In this document: positions 27,950-37,300 of the stretch, one piece after another
Numbering within the stretch: position 1 is the first letter of the stretch
Layout of the letters: every line of letters begins with the position of its first letter
IMG/VR virus record: IMGVR_UViG_3300029258_002996
DNA from: a virus
Reading direction: 5' to 3' (one strand)
Length of the DNA: 64,000 nt
Position numbers and translations under genes: made by a program
The notes under the pieces: generated by a model
What the model saw: the letters and a program-made list of their open reading frames with translations, nothing else
Told to the model about the DNA's origin: nothing
Databases searched by the model: none

Positions 27950-28402
27950 TTATGCGGTCTGTTTGATCCGCACGTAGTTGAGAGTCGCGTTCACCATCAC
28001 GATTCGATCACCCTGCGCTTGCAGGTTTCTACCGATCTGGGAAAACCAGCACCCTATGTACTCATATTTCTCAGGAGACCCGCTAGGATTCACCCACTTC
28101 TCCGTAATAGTGAGGGGGTTCGACTGTCGAGAGAGCATATTGAGGTCCGGGTTCCCCCAAATCTCCTCCATCTTCGCAGAAAACAAATCATAGCGACTAA
28201 CCTGAATCGTAAGACCGGTGATGTTCCCGGGTACGTTCTCAGTCACTTCGCCAGAAGTCTGCGCCTTCAACTCATATGCAGGTGTGATCGTCCGGGACTG
28301 GTTTGGAGCCCACGTTTGGATCTGTCCAATAACGTATGAATTGTACTGGATGGTGACCGCATGGCTCGTCCGAATGTTTGTTGCCGGAATTGGGAATGTC
28401 AT
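27950..28402 (-). CDS. Major tail tube protein
   Basis: 150 aa, directly after the sheath, Y.GCWF motif, strong GGAGGAGG Shine-Dalgarno. Confidence 0.88.
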   Translation of the reverse strand: MTFPIPATNIRTSHAVTIQYNSYVIGQIQTWAPNQSRTITPAYELKAQTSGEVTENVPGNITGLTIQVSRYDLFSAKMEEIWGNPDLNMLSRQSNPLTITEKWVNPSGSPEKYEYIGCWFSQIGRNLQAQGDRIVMVNATLNYVRIKQTA

Positions 28403-28427
28403 TTAAATTCCTCCTCCCTTTCTCAGC

Positions 28428-30914
28428 TTACGCGGGGCTGAAGAAGGGGTTGTCGACGCTGTACTCGCCGAAGAATCGTTTCGCCGGGTAACGCAAGTTA
28501 AACCAGTACTTGAAGTAGAAGTTCCTCGGGTCCGTGGTGCTTTGCGCCACCTGAATGTCAGTCAGCGCATCGATTTCTCGCGGGAAGCCCGCCTGATCTC
28601 GGTACGGTCCAATCGAACCGGCGTTGATGTTCGCTTCGATTCCGAGAAGAATCCACTTCTTCGTATCGGAAATAAAGTCCGCCAGATCATCCGGAACCAC
28701 CCCGACCATGTTCGCAGTGAGAAGATTCTCCACCGTCTTGGAAACCGCGTCCTTCTGGGCGGAAGCCGCAGGCTCCTCGAACTGAACCACTCCGCCGCCA
28801 CCGGCTTCCGTGGTAAGCGGGTCGAGCATGACGAATCGACCTGCCTGGAGCGTGATAACAGTGACTCCCTGACTGGCCATCGTATGACGCTCGCCGCGCA
28901 AGAAGGTGCTGAAACCGTCTTCCTCGAAGCCGGTGATGGTCTTGTTGATGAGCGGGCTCGCGGGGCTCGGAAGCGCCGTGAACACCGAAGCCACCGCAGC
29001 CGCGATGTAGGAACCGTCGAGGTCCACACTGACTTCCTGACCGCTGTCCAACGTCAGGGTTCTCGTAGCGTTGCCACCGGCGACCAGGATCTGACGACCA
29101 CGTCCCGGGGAAGTCGCGCCCGGCTGCAAGGTCTGAGTCGACCTGTACACGAAGGTATCCGGCGTGTCGGGATCGCCAGGATCCGTGTCCCGAGCCATCC
29201 CATACCAGCCGCGCCGATAGTGTTTCTCCAAAATTGAAGACTGGGTAGAGACGTGATTCATCAGGTAGACCGCAATCTCCTGAGAAGTATCGAGCACGAC
29301 CACGTCCGTTATCTGCGCAGTCTCCTCGCAGACATCGATTGCGCGACGGATCTGGTTCAACGTGGGCTGACCCTCAACCGTCTGATCGTTGACTTGGACC
29401 ACGAAAATCGAAGGAGTGGCATTTTCGAATGCGATCTCTCCAGCCACACAGAGGGCGTTTCTCGTGTAGTTGTCCAGCGTCAATGGAGACGTGTACTCGT
29501 AGAGCTGATCCGGGTCGTAGCACCGATGGTAAGTTTCGTAATCGGCGGAAGGTCGCTGGTAGTCGTAGGTTGCGTAGTAGCCAGTCCCAAAATCAGGACG
29601 TTCTCCGACGCCACGGACCTCGTAAGGCAACGTAATCGCGCCGAACAACGTCGCAAAAGCATTGTCCGAAGTATCCAGGAAATCGAAGGAGCTGGCCGCA
29701 CCCTTCTCGGTCGGGAAGTTTTCGAACGGATCCGGAACATCGAGCTTGACCGCGCCGCCAGAATCTGATGCCACATGCGCATACTCGGGACCGTAATCCG
29801 CCGAAGCCGCCAACGCCGTATTGATGTCGGTGGCTATATTCGCTGCGGTTTGAGCAGCGCCAGCGGTCAACGTGATCAGAATCGGGGAATTGTCGTTGAT
29901 CGCCAGGTAGAGCTTATCGTTCGTGCTCGCAACGATGGCGTAGGGACCTGCAATACCGGTGATCGTCGAATTCGCCCATGTCGAGGAACTCCACTCGATA
30001 TTGTTACCGCTCGCCTGGTAGTCCACACTCTTCTCGTAGCTGCTGCCCCCAGGATACGAGCTGACACGAGCCAAGTTGACCAGCGGATCGGTCGCGGTGG
30101 CATTGGCCAAGGGATCAGTCAATCCGTCAATCGCCACGTAGTCGAGCGTGTAGACCGCAGTAGAGTTGTACGCTTCGTCGCGCACCTGAATCCAACTGTC
30201 CGCCTGAACGCCCGCAGACGCCGTGGGAACCCACGCAGCGTTCGAAATCAGCGACGCACCGTCCGCCGTCCGAGACAGAAGAACCTTTACGTCCGAAGCG
30301 GACGTGCTATCCGGAGACGTAATCGTGATGATCTCGTTTGCGGTACCCGTCGCGTGAGTCGCCACGTTCGCATAGGCCGCGCCGTACTTGCTGTAGTAAG
30401 TACCTGCGCTGTTACCCAGCTCGTAGTTGATGGCGTCACAGATGTTGGTCGCCGAAGCCGTCGCCGGAGTACCACCGACAGCAGTCACCGCCGCATCCAT
30501 GTCGATAGTGACTACATCCTTGCCGTCGAGGGACAGCGTGAAGTACCGGTCGGTGCCCGTACCGCTCGAAACGTCGATAGTCGCACCAGCCCACTCGTTG
30601 CCCGTCAAATACGCGGGCAGGAACCACCAATCCGCGATCCCTAAAGAGTTTCCATTCATGTAGAGAGTCGCGTTGTTCCTGTCTCGATTCGACATGTTCA
30701 CGAGCTGCGCGATATACGGGGTCGAAGCCGCGAGCGACAAAGTCTCCGCGAAAATCTTGCCGCGAACTACGGGCTCGTCCGTGGAACGACGGGTGCGCGG
30801 AGCGATTCCCACAATCGCGAGAACGCGATCCGAGGTGACAGACACGGAACCTGGCTGAATTACTTCTCCAATGTAGGTTCCGGGATCAACATATCGGGAA
30901 ATCTCAATAGCCAT
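28428..30914 (-). CDS. Tail sheath protein
   Basis: N-terminal YVDPGTYIGE, C-terminal DPRNFYFKYWFNLRYPAK, position before the tube. Confidence 0.9.
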   Translation of the reverse strand: MAIEISRYVDPGTYIGEVIQPGSVSVTSDRVLAIVGIAPRTRRSTDEPVVRGKIFAETLSLAASTPYIAQLVNMSNRDRNNATLYMNGNSLGIADWWFLPAYLTGNEWAGATIDVSSGTGTDRYFTLSLDGKDVVTIDMDAAVTAVGGTPATASATNICDAINYELGNSAGTYYSKYGAAYANVATHATGTANEIITITSPDSTSASDVKVLLSRTADGASLISNAAWVPTASAGVQADSWIQVRDEAYNSTAVYTLDYVAIDGLTDPLANATATDPLVNLARVSSYPGGSSYEKSVDYQASGNNIEWSSSTWANSTITGIAGPYAIVASTNDKLYLAINDNSPILITLTAGAAQTAANIATDINTALAASADYGPEYAHVASDSGGAVKLDVPDPFENFPTEKGAASSFDFLDTSDNAFATLFGAITLPYEVRGVGERPDFGTGYYATYDYQRPSADYETYHRCYDPDQLYEYTSPLTLDNYTRNALCVAGEIAFENATPSIFVVQVNDQTVEGQPTLNQIRRAIDVCEETAQITDVVVLDTSQEIAVYLMNHVSTQSSILEKHYRRGWYGMARDTDPGDPDTPDTFVYRSTQTLQPGATSPGRGRQILVAGGNATRTLTLDSGQEVSVDLDGSYIAAAVASVFTALPSPASPLINKTITGFEEDGFSTFLRGERHTMASQGVTVITLQAGRFVMLDPLTTEAGGGGVVQFEEPAASAQKDAVSKTVENLLTANMVGVVPDDLADFISDTKKWILLGIEANINAGSIGPYRDQAGFPREIDALTDIQVAQSTTDPRNFYFKYWFNLRYPAKRFFGEYSVDNPFFSPA

Positions 30915-30939
30915 AGAAATCCTCCTTGAATCTCGAAAT

Positions 30940-30970
30940 ATTATAGAAGAGTCGATGTTGGAAAATTTAA
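30940..30970 (-). promoter_or_regulatory. Putative late promoter (motif copy, sheath operon)
   Basis: TTAAATTTTCCA-N13-TATAAT. Confidence 0.65.
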
Positions 30971-30980
30971 AACGAGGAAA

Positions 30981-32132
30981 CTATCTGTTGTTTTCGTTTC
31001 GATAGTTGGTTCCCGGATAATCTCCGTCTGGAAGCAGATCATTCTGGGTCACCGATTGTACGATCTGAGCATCCCGATTTATGAAATCGGCAGCAATCAT
31101 CGGCACCGATCCCCGAATGGAGTGTACCTGCTCTTTCTGCTCTCCGCCTTGACGCGGCGTGTGGTACTCCCCAGCCCACGAAAACTCCCCCTTCAAGATC
31201 AACTGGTACCACTCAGGAGGGTCGAGCAAATGATCTTGATACGACCTTCCAAGTATTTGAAAATATTGGCGCTCCATGTAGAAAGTAAAAAAACTTCGAA
31301 CCAGATCCGCCACTTCGGTTCGCTCATTCAAATCATCAGTCACCACATCGAGATTAATCACCACATCCCCGGCCATCCAGTACCGTTTCTTGGGGGGATT
31401 CTGAATGTAATTCGAAGATTCGCTTTTCTGACCCACTGCGAACCCCAAAACATTCAAACATTCCGGGGTGCCACCTGTAATCTCAATAGAGTTCGGGATG
31501 CCGGGAGCCGCAGGACCACCGGCAGAAAGTTGCAAGAAATTATAAGCACTTACAGAAGCTCTGCTATACAAAGCTTGAACGTTTACAGCATTTGCTACCT
31601 GCTCCGTCGTCGAATTTCCAATGATGGGGAGCATAACGCTGCTAAAGAGAATGGTAGTAGGTTGAATTGCGGACCCATCTCCGACAGGATCCGTCTGATA
31701 TTCCAACGTCCAGCCGTCCTGCAATGCATACGGACCTGAATTAGACGAAACAATCGTCGGTATGAACTGCCCGATAGCCGCCAAGTTGTGTCCAATCCCG
31801 AGTCTCTTTTCTCGATCACTGGCCGACGTGATCGCAACCATCGGAAATCTATCGGGTGTATCGCCCCTAGACATGATCAGATTGATCACCGTAGACATGC
31901 TCGCCGCGAGCGATCCTCCGCTATCGTGAGCAAACTTCTCTATGGTGGGTATTTCCCTAATTTTCGCCCGAATGTCGTCCGACCTATAATCAAAAAATCG
32001 ACGAAGCTCTGAAGCCACCGCATCTTTCGCGGTTTCGATGAGCTGCCCGAAGCGCGGCGGGTCGTCGGAATCGAAAGGCTCCGCAGAACGGTATGATCGG
32101 CTTCCTGTGAAATCGTTGATCGTCATCACCAA
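30981..32132 (-). CDS. Tail terminator/completion protein with inserted domain
   Basis: RFPMVAIT...INLDVVTDDLNERTEVADLV pattern, directly upstream of the sheath. Confidence 0.6.
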   Translation of the reverse strand: MVMTINDFTGSRSYRSAEPFDSDDPPRFGQLIETAKDAVASELRRFFDYRSDDIRAKIREIPTIEKFAHDSGGSLAASMSTVINLIMSRGDTPDRFPMVAITSASDREKRLGIGHNLAAIGQFIPTIVSSNSGPYALQDGWTLEYQTDPVGDGSAIQPTTILFSSVMLPIIGNSTTEQVANAVNVQALYSRASVSAYNFLQLSAGGPAAPGIPNSIEITGGTPECLNVLGFAVGQKSESSNYIQNPPKKRYWMAGDVVINLDVVTDDLNERTEVADLVRSFFTFYMERQYFQILGRSYQDHLLDPPEWYQLILKGEFSWAGEYHTPRQGGEQKEQVHSIRGSVPMIAADFINRDAQIVQSVTQNDLLPDGDYPGTNYRNENNR

Positions 32133-33238
32133 ATCTCCGCCAGCGGACCCACCGGGTCCACAATCCGAATCTGGAAATTTTGAGAGACGACAATCTCTCC
32201 AAATGGGTCAGAGCTTTGCCAATTCGTGGTCAAGTACCGACTGCCTACACGGGCTCCGTCGAGAATCTCGAACATCGCGTCAGGGCCGAGAATCAGCTCT
32301 TGACGACTTCCAGTTTCGATGGAGGGATCGAACAGGCTCAATCCCGCTGTCCAGAGGGTCAACCCATCTTCAACCGAAATCGAACCGTAGTCCTGCTTGT
32401 GAAAACCTGTTTTCGGCGGTCCACGCATGATGAGAAGCCACGGTCCTTTTTGATAACCGCCATCGGCTTTCTGACCCTCCACAGGAATCCTGGAATACCT
32501 CGCGCGAACAATGTCAAAAAGAGGCGAAAGGACGTTCGCGTCATCTCTCGACAGAGTTGCGCGGAATCGGATCGTTCCCGAACCTACAGGATTCGTCGTC
32601 GGCAACGTCGAGATGTCGCTCCAGCTTCCCCCCGAATCCGTCGAGTACTCAACAGATACGCTCGACTCGGCCTCCTCACGGAGATAGTAAAGAGACTGCT
32701 GCTCCCAAGCGGATCCGAAAGCCGTCCGATCAAAAGATTTGTCTCCGCTTTCGAGAGTGCCCGTGGTTGCGCCCTCGGTCAGCTCGACCTTCGAAGATTT
32801 GAACTGAGTTGGCCGAAGGTTCGTAAGAGTCACGTCGGCATCGACGGTCGACATGAACAGCGTGTGATAGCCGAACTTGTAATAGCCGGGAACCACTCCA
32901 ACCCCGTAGCAGGCATTGCACTTCCGATCCGCAGAGATGTTCGACTTCTTGTAGCAACCGCACTTTACGTGCTCGGTGACGTTGAGCTGCCCCGTGTAGT
33001 CTCCCTGGACCGCGTTGTTGTTGCTGAGATCTACAATCAGTTCATCATTGCCCGCGCCCTGCCAAAACGATGCCCGGAACGATTGGGCGAGGATTTGGTC
33101 TTCGAGTAGGGCGCGTTCTCGTTCGAGTTTCTGGGCGGCTTGGATCTCGCGGTACACGGATCGACCCCAGTATCCGACCGCCATGTGGGCTCCTGGAACC
33201 TTACAACCCTTGTTCCTATCTTCCGGTCCACAGCTCAT
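32126..33238 (-). CDS. Neck/head-closure protein
   Basis: CxC...CxxCYGxG..PGY zinc motif, position between adaptor and terminator. Confidence 0.55.
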   Translation of the reverse strand: MSCGPEDRNKGCKVPGAHMAVGYWGRSVYREIQAAQKLERERALLEDQILAQSFRASFWQGAGNDELIVDLSNNNAVQGDYTGQLNVTEHVKCGCYKKSNISADRKCNACYGVGVVPGYYKFGYHTLFMSTVDADVTLTNLRPTQFKSSKVELTEGATTGTLESGDKSFDRTAFGSAWEQQSLYYLREEAESSVSVEYSTDSGGSWSDISTLPTTNPVGSGTIRFRATLSRDDANVLSPLFDIVRARYSRIPVEGQKADGGYQKGPWLLIMRGPPKTGFHKQDYGSISVEDGLTLWTAGLSLFDPSIETGSRQELILGPDAMFEILDGARVGSRYLTTNWQSSDPFGEIVVSQNFQIRIVDPVGPLAEIW

Positions 33239-33594
33239 TGACCAAACTTCCTGTCCAAACTCTCTTTCAACGCAGCCCCTTCTTCAGTCACCCAGCCCCA
33301 ATCCAACTCAGAATACGGAATCTCCTCACGACTCAGCAATTCACGAATCAATTTCTCCGCGATTCCCTTTCCTTGGTACTCCGGTTTTACGGTTATCATG
33401 CTGATCTGATACTCATCTTGATAGACCGTGTAGTCGAGATATCCCAACCCAGTTCCATCCTTCGAATCAAACGCGGCAATCCAGCCATTGTACTGATCTG
33501 AGCCGACAACGTCACCCCCAGATTGAAACGTCAACTCAGGTTCGACCGCTTGAGCGATTCTGGAAAACGCTGCTTCTGGGATCCCAAGCCTCAT
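33235..33594 (-). CDS. GNAT-family acetyltransferase
   Basis: ISMITVKPEYQGKGIAEKLI (motif A, QxxGxA) and TEEG. Confidence 0.85.
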   Translation of the reverse strand: MRLGIPEAAFSRIAQAVEPELTFQSGGDVVGSDQYNGWIAAFDSKDGTGLGYLDYTVYQDEYQISMITVKPEYQGKGIAEKLIRELLSREEIPYSELDWGWVTEEGAALKESLDRKFGQ

Positions 33595-33761
33595 CTCGAC
33601 TCCAAAAGCTCCTTGAACAGCTCGGCCAATGATTTTTGTCCGAGCCCTTGATCGTATTCATCTATCAGTTTTTTCCACTTCGCTTCATCTACGAGATTGA
33701 CGAACTTCTGGTTGTCCTTTTTGTTCGGATCGAAAAGGTCTATTTCGATCTTCTCAGGCAT
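33591..33761 (-). CDS. 56-aa hypothetical protein (MPEKIEIDLFDPNK...)
   Basis: Absent from the ORF track. Coupled by TAATG and ATGA overlaps to both neighbours. Confidence 0.7.
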   Translation of the reverse strand: MPEKIEIDLFDPNKKDNQKFVNLVDEAKWKKLIDEYDQGLGQKSLAELFKELLESR

Positions 33762-34669
33762 TATCCCGTAGCCCAGATCCCTCGGTACAGAGCCCCGACC
33801 GGCGACGAGGCCAGCAGCAACCCATACGCCATGTCCATTCTCATCTCGACCATCGCGGTTCCGCTATCCACAAATTGAAGCTTGAATTCCCGAATCAGCT
33901 TGTCCAACTCACCTTTCAGATGGCTGAGATAGCCCGACAAGTACTGAGCGTGGACCTGGACGAACGAATGGCCCTGATCGTTGTACGAGGGAATGTCCGT
34001 GTCGATGGCGAAGATAAGCTGACTCGTGATTCCCTGGTACAGCGCGGCTTTGATGAGAATATCGCTGTGGGTCGTAATGGGAAAAAGATCAAATGTCGAG
34101 AACGTCGGATATGGCTGGTGCTCGTTGATATAATGCAACCCCAGCTTGAGCAGCATGATGAGCTGCCCATCGCTCCAACCCAAAAAGCAGAGTCTTTCCG
34201 GCAAGATAGGCTTGATCACCTTATCCAGAAGCAACCTAAACGAAGGAAGTAATGTCAAAGTTTTCGGTGAAATCACTTCCAGAATCTGAGTCCGGTACGC
34301 ATCCTCGGTCGTCGCGTTCTGACGAGAATGCCAATTGAAGAGGACCGCTCGATTCGTGTCGGTCTCGTTCTCCCCAGTACCCCACTTGATGTAGTACTTT
34401 CCCGGAGCAACCTTGACTATTCGATGATCCGTTTGTGTCGGAAGCTTCGGCCAGTAGGATTCCGAGTACAGAGAGTTCCCGGCGATGTCAGTTACTTCGA
34501 GTTCGAGTTCCCCAGTCGGATCCCCATTCGGAAGATTCCCCTCTTCAATATCGATTGATGCGCCTGTTTGATCTTGCAACTCAATGTTCACTCGACGCAA
34601 CGAGTCGGTACGTGCCATCTCTATCATGTTGGCGACAGAAGGTTGATCGTATCCGGGAACGATTATCAT
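33761..34669 (-). CDS. Head-tail adaptor/neck protein
   Basis: Ig-like N-terminus (PGKYYIKW) plus helical WSDGQL...LHYIN...SYNDQGHS domain. Confidence 0.6.
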   Translation of the reverse strand: MIIVPGYDQPSVANMIEMARTDSLRRVNIELQDQTGASIDIEEGNLPNGDPTGELELEVTDIAGNSLYSESYWPKLPTQTDHRIVKVAPGKYYIKWGTGENETDTNRAVLFNWHSRQNATTEDAYRTQILEVISPKTLTLLPSFRLLLDKVIKPILPERLCFLGWSDGQLIMLLKLGLHYINEHQPYPTFSTFDLFPITTHSDILIKAALYQGITSQLIFAIDTDIPSYNDQGHSFVQVHAQYLSGYLSHLKGELDKLIREFKLQFVDSGTAMVEMRMDMAYGLLLASSPVGALYRGIWATG

Positions 34670-35022
34670 TTGCTCGCAGCCTTTTGCTCCGCTTGACGAA
34701 ACTCCAGAGTATTCGCGTCAACTATCTCTGGAAAGAATCCAATGCGGTCGCCCACCTCCTCCGAAATGCGCGCCACGGCGGTTTCCATCTCGGGGGAGTA
34801 GAAATCCCGGTCCAAGAGCCCCTCCCCTTCGAGGACGTACACATTGTCGGACGGCTGGAAAATCTGAGACAACATCTTCACGTAAGCTTCATCTGGTCCT
34901 GCCTGAATGTAGTCCTGGAGATGAAAAAAGAGACTTTCCGCCAAACGCTCCTTCTCGTCAGTGAGAGCAAGCTTTGCTCGGACCCTCCCCAGACCCTCTG
35001 AACTGATTCCCCGCAGCTTCAT
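34666..35022 (-). CDS. Hypothetical protein (likely start MKLRGI)
   Basis: ATG 1 nt after the upstream stop and ATGA overlap downstream. Confidence 0.65.
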   Translation of the reverse strand: MKLRGISSEGLGRVRAKLALTDEKERLAESLFFHLQDYIQAGPDEAYVKMLSQIFQPSDNVYVLEGEGLLDRDFYSPEMETAVARISEEVGDRIGFFPEIVDANTLEFRQAEQKAASK

Positions 35023-35023
35023 T

Positions 35024-35404
35024 TTAGTCACCAACGATCACGACAAAGGGCTTCGCCTCGACCGCTCCTGCGGTAATCTCGACTGCCGTGATTCCGCCGA
35101 GAGCGATCATCATGAAGCCTTCGTCAGCCAGACTCAAAATCTCGGATCCACCGTTCAGCTTGAACGTGATGGCCTTGTCGGTCCCGATGTACAGGAACTT
35201 CCCGTCTGCGATGGTCCCGAAATCAACGACCTTCGAAGTCGTCGCCGCGATGGTCAGCTCGTAATTCGCCTTCTCGTTGTATTCGATAGTCGCTGAGTTC
35301 GCGCTCGGGGTGGCTGTCGGGGCTCCGATAATGACCTGGGTCGTCGATCCGCCCGGAGCGTTCGGCAGCGTCATCGTACCGGTGATAACCAGATTTTCGG
35401 ACAT
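35024..35404 (-). CDS. Beta-rich putative virion protein
   Basis: Thr/Gly/Ala-rich, AGGAG Shine-Dalgarno. Confidence 0.65.
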   Translation of the reverse strand: MSENLVITGTMTLPNAPGGSTTQVIIGAPTATPSANSATIEYNEKANYELTIAATTSKVVDFGTIADGKFLYIGTDKAITFKLNGGSEILSLADEGFMMIALGGITAVEITAGAVEAKPFVVIVGD

Positions 35405-35405
35405 G

Positions 35406-35876
35406 TTACTCTCCTGTCGATTTGGAAAGCCCGAAGCTCAAGCCAACGGCTAGTACAGCCCCGAGCACAAAGCCTACGCCTGCCCAGAAAGGCGGCGATC
35501 TGTACCATTTGTTCAACCTCTCAAGATCCTCTCGATACTGCTTCCTTTCCATCTCGTTGATCTTGATCTGTTGATTGAAAGAGTTTTCCCAACGAAGTCC
35601 AATCTCCTGAGTGAGTTTGATATCCTCCTTGAGCAATGCGATGCGGTCGTCGCTGAGCTTCGCCCGCAGCTCATACTTTTCGATCTTCAACTCCAGCTCG
35701 GGAAGCTTCTTGAGATCCGCGAGCATTCGGGTAGCGGTCTCCTCCGCAAACCAAAATCCAGTATGCCCTTTGATCTTTACGATTCGGCTCTCGGGAATTT
35801 CTTCCTCGGCGAACGCGATCTGCGGAACCGCCAGCAAGAAAGTCAAAATTATGGGAAGGATCCGTTTCATTTCCAA
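35406..35876 (-). CDS. Secreted coiled-coil protein with C-terminal TM helix (spanin-like)
   Basis: Signal peptide ending AFA, coiled coil, then WYRSPPFWAGVGFVLGAVLAVGL. Confidence 0.55.
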   Translation of the reverse strand: MEMKRILPIILTFLLAVPQIAFAEEEIPESRIVKIKGHTGFWFAEETATRMLADLKKLPELELKIEKYELRAKLSDDRIALLKEDIKLTQEIGLRWENSFNQQIKINEMERKQYREDLERLNKWYRSPPFWAGVGFVLGAVLAVGLSFGLSKSTGE

Positions 35877-35890
35877 CTCATTCCCGAAAA

Positions 35891-36241
35891 TTAGTAACCC
35901 AAATCTTTGAATTCCTTGAGTTTTCGTTTCGCACTCATCTTTTTTATTTCACGACCATCGATTTCGATTTTCATATCGATGGCTTTGATCTCCTTATCAA
36001 TCGCCTCTACCTCGTCAGCCACCTCTCCCTCGCGACGACGGATGATTTCACGCTTCCCTTCGAGCTTCGCGATCTTCACTTTGTTTTTGTGAACTTCAAC
36101 CTTCCGTTTGTTAATGAGTGCCCGTTGAATGTCCTTCCGGAACATCCCGGCTGCGATTGCAGCCACAACGATGCCGAGCGCTCCGGCAATGATTTGCCAG
36201 TTGCGCTTGCACCATCTCCAGGCTCTCTTCAACCAGGCCAT
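35891..36241 (-). CDS. N-terminal TM plus coiled-coil protein (i-spanin/Rz-like)
   Basis: Likely start MAWLKR at 36241 through a TGATG overlap. Single TM followed by a charged coiled coil. Confidence 0.55.
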   Translation of the reverse strand: MAWLKRAWRWCKRNWQIIAGALGIVVAAIAAGMFRKDIQRALINKRKVEVHKNKVKIAKLEGKREIIRRREGEVADEVEAIDKEIKAIDMKIEIDGREIKKMSAKRKLKEFKDLGY

Positions 36242-36495
36242 CAGTACTCGTCGTCGCCTCCAATAGGAAGATCGTGCATCTGGATAATGAACTCCAGATT
36301 CTCCTGAGCCTCTTGGGAAGACATCGCGCGCATAAGTTCTTCGAGAAGCGTGGCATCCCCTAGCATCTCCCGAACCTGTTCGAACAGATCCCAAACAGCA
36401 TCAGAAGTTCCCGCCTTCTTCTCGGGAACCTTCTGCCCCATGCGCTCGGCGATCTTCGCCACACTGTCGTCTCTGATTCCACTTCGAATTCTCAT
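36241..36495 (-). CDS. Small helical hypothetical protein
   Basis: GGAGGAG Shine-Dalgarno, coupled to neighbours. Confidence 0.7.
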   Translation of the reverse strand: MRIRSGIRDDSVAKIAERMGQKVPEKKAGTSDAVWDLFEQVREMLGDATLLEELMRAMSSQEAQENLEFIIQMHDLPIGGDDEY

Positions 36496-36496
36496 C

Positions 36497-36823
36497 TTAC
36501 TCCTCCAGTTCCTTGTGATACGCCTGCTTCTTTGCCAGCTTCGTCTTTGAGGCGATGCTGGTCGAGAAGAATTTGTAGATCAACGAGGAGAGCTGCCCGA
36601 GAGCGCCACCGAGGAGTAGCTGCTCTTTCATCGATTCGACAGGCAGGAGCAGCCCCCCGACGAGACCGAGAATAATCGGAAGGAACGGGAGCAACCGGAT
36701 CCCGACTTCGTGGTGCTTGAAGAACTTCTTGAAACCGGCCTTCAGACCTTGAACCACTCCGGCCACGATGATCGGATGGGCGCAATACGGGCCATATTCT
36801 TGTACGAGATCGAAAATCTCCAT
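36497..36823 (-). CDS. Putative holin
   Basis: 108 aa with 2-3 hydrophobic segments (LLPFLPIILGLVGGLLL) and a charged C-terminus. Confidence 0.6.
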   Translation of the reverse strand: MEIFDLVQEYGPYCAHPIIVAGVVQGLKAGFKKFFKHHEVGIRLLPFLPIILGLVGGLLLPVESMKEQLLLGGALGQLSSLIYKFFSTSIASKTKLAKKQAYHKELEE

Positions 36824-36835
36824 CGACTTTTCCTC

Positions 36836-37291
36836 CTATACGTGATCACCGACAGTGCGGGACACGAAGACTACTCTGCCCGAAACGGGCGAAGCTTTTT
36901 GGTTTGTCAGCTCCACTACAATGGGAAATCCCTTGAGCGCGCTGTCCTGAACCGATCTCCCAAAAGGGATGTTCTTGTTGCCTGGAAGCAGCGTAGCGTC
37001 TTCCCAAATCACATCGCAGAGTTCCGCGCCCCCTGCGATGCTGCCGCTTCCTTGAGATTTTCCTCGAACATGAGTAGAACCTTCCTTGAAAGGTTCCCCA
37101 GTCCAGCCACCGCCGTACAAAACCTCCCAATCGAGATCAAGCGCAGCGGTAACCAAACCCCCGCTCAAAACCCAAATCGTCATGTTGCGAATGGGCTCGC
37201 TCACCGGGGCGTCCCAAAGACGAATCGTATCCTGAGCGCCTCCGGATGCCGTCAGCTCGAATTCCCGTACTGTTACCCTGAAAGCTCCCAT
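36836..37291 (-). CDS. Putative virion protein, paralogue B
   Basis: Shares LDWEV.YGGGWTGEPFK.GSTH and terminal RTVGDHV with the upstream gene. Confidence 0.8.
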   Translation of the reverse strand: MGAFRVTVREFELTASGGAQDTIRLWDAPVSEPIRNMTIWVLSGGLVTAALDLDWEVLYGGGWTGEPFKEGSTHVRGKSQGSGSIAGGAELCDVIWEDATLLPGNKNIPFGRSVQDSALKGFPIVVELTNQKASPVSGRVVFVSRTVGDHV

Positions 37292-37300
37292 TCCTCGCTC

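Noticed and set aside
6667-32132. Stand-alone tailocin or eCIS
   Set aside because: Contiguous terminase, portal, protease and capsid genes show a complete phage.
36242-36394. N-terminal extension of ORF 35891..36394
   Set aside because: It overlaps the 84-aa gene in another frame. A TGATG-coupled start at 36241 is more plausible.
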